Made by a program: the position numbers and the translations under genes. Positions 61,909 through 64,000 of a DNA stretch of 64,000 nt are shown here, one piece after another. The notes under the pieces were generated by a model. That model did not search any database and was not told the DNA's origin. It saw only the letters and a list, made by a program, of their open reading frames with translations. How positions within the stretch are numbered: position 1 is the stretch's first letter; every line of letters starts with the position of its first letter. Source of the DNA: Planctomycetia bacterium TMED53 (GTDB lineage Bacteria; Planctomycetota; UBA8108; UBA1146); NCBI GenBank assembly GCA_002167285.1, contig NHDG01000117.1:67133-131132 (forward strand), read 5' to 3'.

Positions 61909-62781
61909 TCAGACGGAGGCGTGATAGGAGGATCGAACCAAGGGTGCCGATTCGACTTTGATAAAGCCGAGCTCAGTGGCGAATTCGCCCAGCTGGGTGA
62001 ACTCATCGGGGGTCCAATACCTTTTGACGGGGATGTGGCGATCCGAAGGGGCAAGGTACTGTCCGAGGTTGATTCTTCGGGCTCCTGCACGGTAGAGATC
62101 TTCGATCGTCTCCCTGACTTCATCTTCTTTTTCGCCCAAACCAAGGATCAAGCTCGATTTAACACGATTCCCACCGATCCGCTTGGCTGCCGCAGATAGA
62201 AGGGAAACGGAGTGGTCGTAATCGGATCCGGGTCTGGCTGCGGGATAAAGTCGGCGTACCGTTTCGACATTGTGGGAAAAAATAGTCGGGTCTGCAGCCA
62301 GTACGAGATCCAATCCCAATTCGGGATCGGGTCTGAAGTCAGGAACCAACACTTCTGTGGTGGCTTCCGGCAACTTCTCTCTTAGTGCTTCGAGGGTTTT
62401 TGCAAACTGACCCGCTCCGCCATCGGTGAGATCATCCCGGTCCACACTGGTGATCACCACATGCTTGAGATTTAGACGCGCAGCAGCTTCAGCCAACTCA
62501 CGGGGTTCGTCTGAATCGACCGGTGAAGGTGAGCCTTTACTCACTGCACAGAATCCACACTTACGGGTGCAAACTTCCCCAAGGATCAAAAAGGTGGCGG
62601 TTCCCATTTGCCAGCACTCATAGATGTTTGGGCAGTGTGCTTCCTGGCAGACGGTGTGCAGGCCACCTTGGTTCATCAAATCACCGACACGTTGCAGCGA
62701 GTCATCGCCAGGGACTGCGACTTTGATCCATGAAGGACGATCGAGTTTTGGTTTTTTACCGCGGTACTCGACGGGGCTCAT
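61909..62781 (-). CDS. lipA: Lipoyl synthase
   Basis: CQEAHCPNIYECW and the radical SAM motif CTRKCGFCAV. Confidence 0.95.
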   Translation of the reverse strand: MSPVEYRGKKPKLDRPSWIKVAVPGDDSLQRVGDLMNQGGLHTVCQEAHCPNIYECWQMGTATFLILGEVCTRKCGFCAVSKGSPSPVDSDEPRELAEAAARLNLKHVVITSVDRDDLTDGGAGQFAKTLEALREKLPEATTEVLVPDFRPDPELGLDLVLAADPTIFSHNVETVRRLYPAARPGSDYDHSVSLLSAAAKRIGGNRVKSSLILGLGEKEDEVRETIEDLYRAGARRINLGQYLAPSDRHIPVKRYWTPDEFTQLGEFATELGFIKVESAPLVRSSYHASV

Positions 62782-63461
62782 GACTCCTCCACCCGATTCA
62801 ACACCGTTAGCAGATGGAATCGAAGCCGATCCTCTACCGATTTGAAGTCAATTGAGGTCCCGAGGAGGTCTTCCATGGTGACGACCTCACAGTTTTGAAG
62901 TCCACAGGGGACGATCCAATCGAAAGCTCTCTGGTCACCATTGACACATAATGCGAGTCCGTGACCTGTGACCCAGCGGCGAACACTCAGGCCAACGGCG
63001 GCGATCTTCTCGTATCCGATCCACACGCCGGTGTGGCCTCCACGTCGTTCTCCGACGATATGCCAGTCTGCGAGTGTCAGGATGACCGCTTCCTCCAGAT
63101 TGCGTAGGAGGTTGTGCAGGTCGCGCTCTTCTTCGCGCAGACGGATCACTGGATAAGCCAAGAGCTGTCCTGGTCCGTGATAAGTCGCTTCTCCACCGCG
63201 ATCGACCTCACGAATCTCAATCCCTTGTTCTTGCAACTTTTCAGGGGCGAGGATCGGTGATTCTTCACTGTTTCGGCTTCCCACAGTCACGACCGGGGAA
63301 GGTTCGAAGAGGAAGATTCGCTCCGGTGATTCATGATTCGGGTGCTCTCCCAGATCAGACTGGAGCTCAAGCATCCGGGTATGAATCTCTCCAAATGAAA
63401 CCTTGCCGGGAGTCTCGACCTGGACTTTTGAAGGGTCAGTTCTCACGGCGGTATTCATCAT
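62778..63461 (-). CDS. lipB: Octanoyltransferase (lipoyl(octanoyl) transferase)
   Basis: DRGGEATYHGPGQLLAYPVI, GVWIG..KIAAVG, CGL. ATGA-type overlap with lipA. Confidence 0.9.
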   Translation of the reverse strand: MMNTAVRTDPSKVQVETPGKVSFGEIHTRMLELQSDLGEHPNHESPERIFLFEPSPVVTVGSRNSEESPILAPEKLQEQGIEIREVDRGGEATYHGPGQLLAYPVIRLREEERDLHNLLRNLEEAVILTLADWHIVGERRGGHTGVWIGYEKIAAVGLSVRRWVTGHGLALCVNGDQRAFDWIVPCGLQNCEVVTMEDLLGTSIDFKSVEDRLRFHLLTVLNRVEES

Positions 63462-64000
63462 TTAGCCAATCGCAGATTCATCAAAGTTCTCAAGGGTGTG
63501 TTTGACGTGCGCCATGAACTGATCTGCTAGTGCACCATCGACGAGGCGGTGGTCGTAGGAGAGGCACATGTAGAGCATGTCTCGAATTGCGATCTTGTCG
63601 CCATCGACGACGACAGGACGTTTGATGATTCCACCCACTCCCAAGATGGCGACTTGGGGCTGGTTGATGATGGGAATCCCAAAGAGTCCACCGAACTGAC
63701 CCGGATTAGTGATCGTAAAGGTGCCCCCTGCGACTTCGTCGGGAAGGAGCTGCTTGTTACGAGCCCTTTGTGCCACATCGGTGACCGATTTTTGGATTCC
63801 AGCAATACTCAAGTCTTGGACATTTTTGACGACTGGCACGATGAGTCCATTGTCGAGTGCAACAGCGATGCCGATGTTGACATCGTTGTGTAGCAAAATG
63901 TCATCCCCGTCGATGGAAGCATTGACGTGAGGGAACTGGCGTAAAGCATCGCAGCATGCGCGAAGGAAGAAGGGCATGTAGGTGAGCTTGGTGCCATTGC
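63462..64000 (-). CDS. 2-oxoacid dehydrogenase E2 (dihydrolipoamide acyltransferase), C-terminal catalytic domain. The 5' part lies beyond the window.
   Basis: PFFLRA..., NIGIAV, LSYDHRLVDGA catalytic motif. The frame stays open to the window edge. Confidence 0.9.
   Translation of the reverse strand, partial: NGTKLTYMPFFLRACCDALRQFPHVNASIDGDDILLHNDVNIGIAVALDNGLIVPVVKNVQDLSIAGIQKSVTDVAQRARNKQLLPDEVAGGTFTITNPGQFGGLFGIPIINQPQVAILGVGGIIKRPVVVDGDKIAIRDMLYMCLSYDHRLVDGALADQFMAHVKHTLENFDESAIG

Noticed and set aside
61255-62199. 314-aa plus-strand ORF overlapping the tsaC fusion and lipA
   Set aside because: It spans two well-supported minus-strand genes and the intergenic gap between them. The translation is compositionally odd, with no motif.
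1-64000. Search for CRISPR arrays, IS elements/transposases, integrases, prophage genes, rRNA and tRNA genes
   Set aside because: Reading both strands by eye I found no regularly spaced repeats, no DDE or tyrosine-recombinase motifs, and no cloverleaf-compatible intergenic sequence. A tRNAscan/Infernal run would be needed to exclude small RNAs formally.

Overview
Gene-dense 64-kb chromosomal window with about 60 protein-coding genes. Reading by eye I found no rRNA, tRNA, CRISPR array, transposase or integrase. The gene content suggests a Planctomycetota-like Gram-negative bacterium: a PSCyt/DUF1549/DUF1553 giant protein paired with a DUF1501 protein, tandem PilB/GspE ATPases, a Lol system, and a Ser/Thr kinase-STAND-TPR protein. 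This taxonomic call is inference only. Most genes are housekeeping: recN, manA-like, rsmD, rluD-like, rnpA, yidD, Leu dehydrogenase, rnr, rnhA, rpiB, lipA, lipB and an E2 acyltransferase. There are also several ABC transporter systems.

The strongest candidate for something new is an AT-rich three-gene block at 31776-36210. It encodes an unrecognisable 790-aa soluble protein, a phosphatidylserine-decarboxylase-family pyruvoyl enzyme, and an Lgt-family membrane transferase. The block is translationally coupled onto a GC-rich HisN-like phosphatase gene.

Other items worth a second look:
- An ArsC-fold gene (10870-11217) whose N-terminus the ORF track misses, because an in-frame TGA sits at the first position of a U-x-x-C motif with a hairpin just downstream (probable selenoprotein).
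- A TsaC / YwlE-like phosphatase fusion next to rpiB.
- Tandem PilB paralogues that both carry MshEN-type N-termini.
- Two small ORFs sharing a C-terminal tail.
- Several structured non-coding stretches.

All calls rest on motif recognition by eye. No database search or computation was run.
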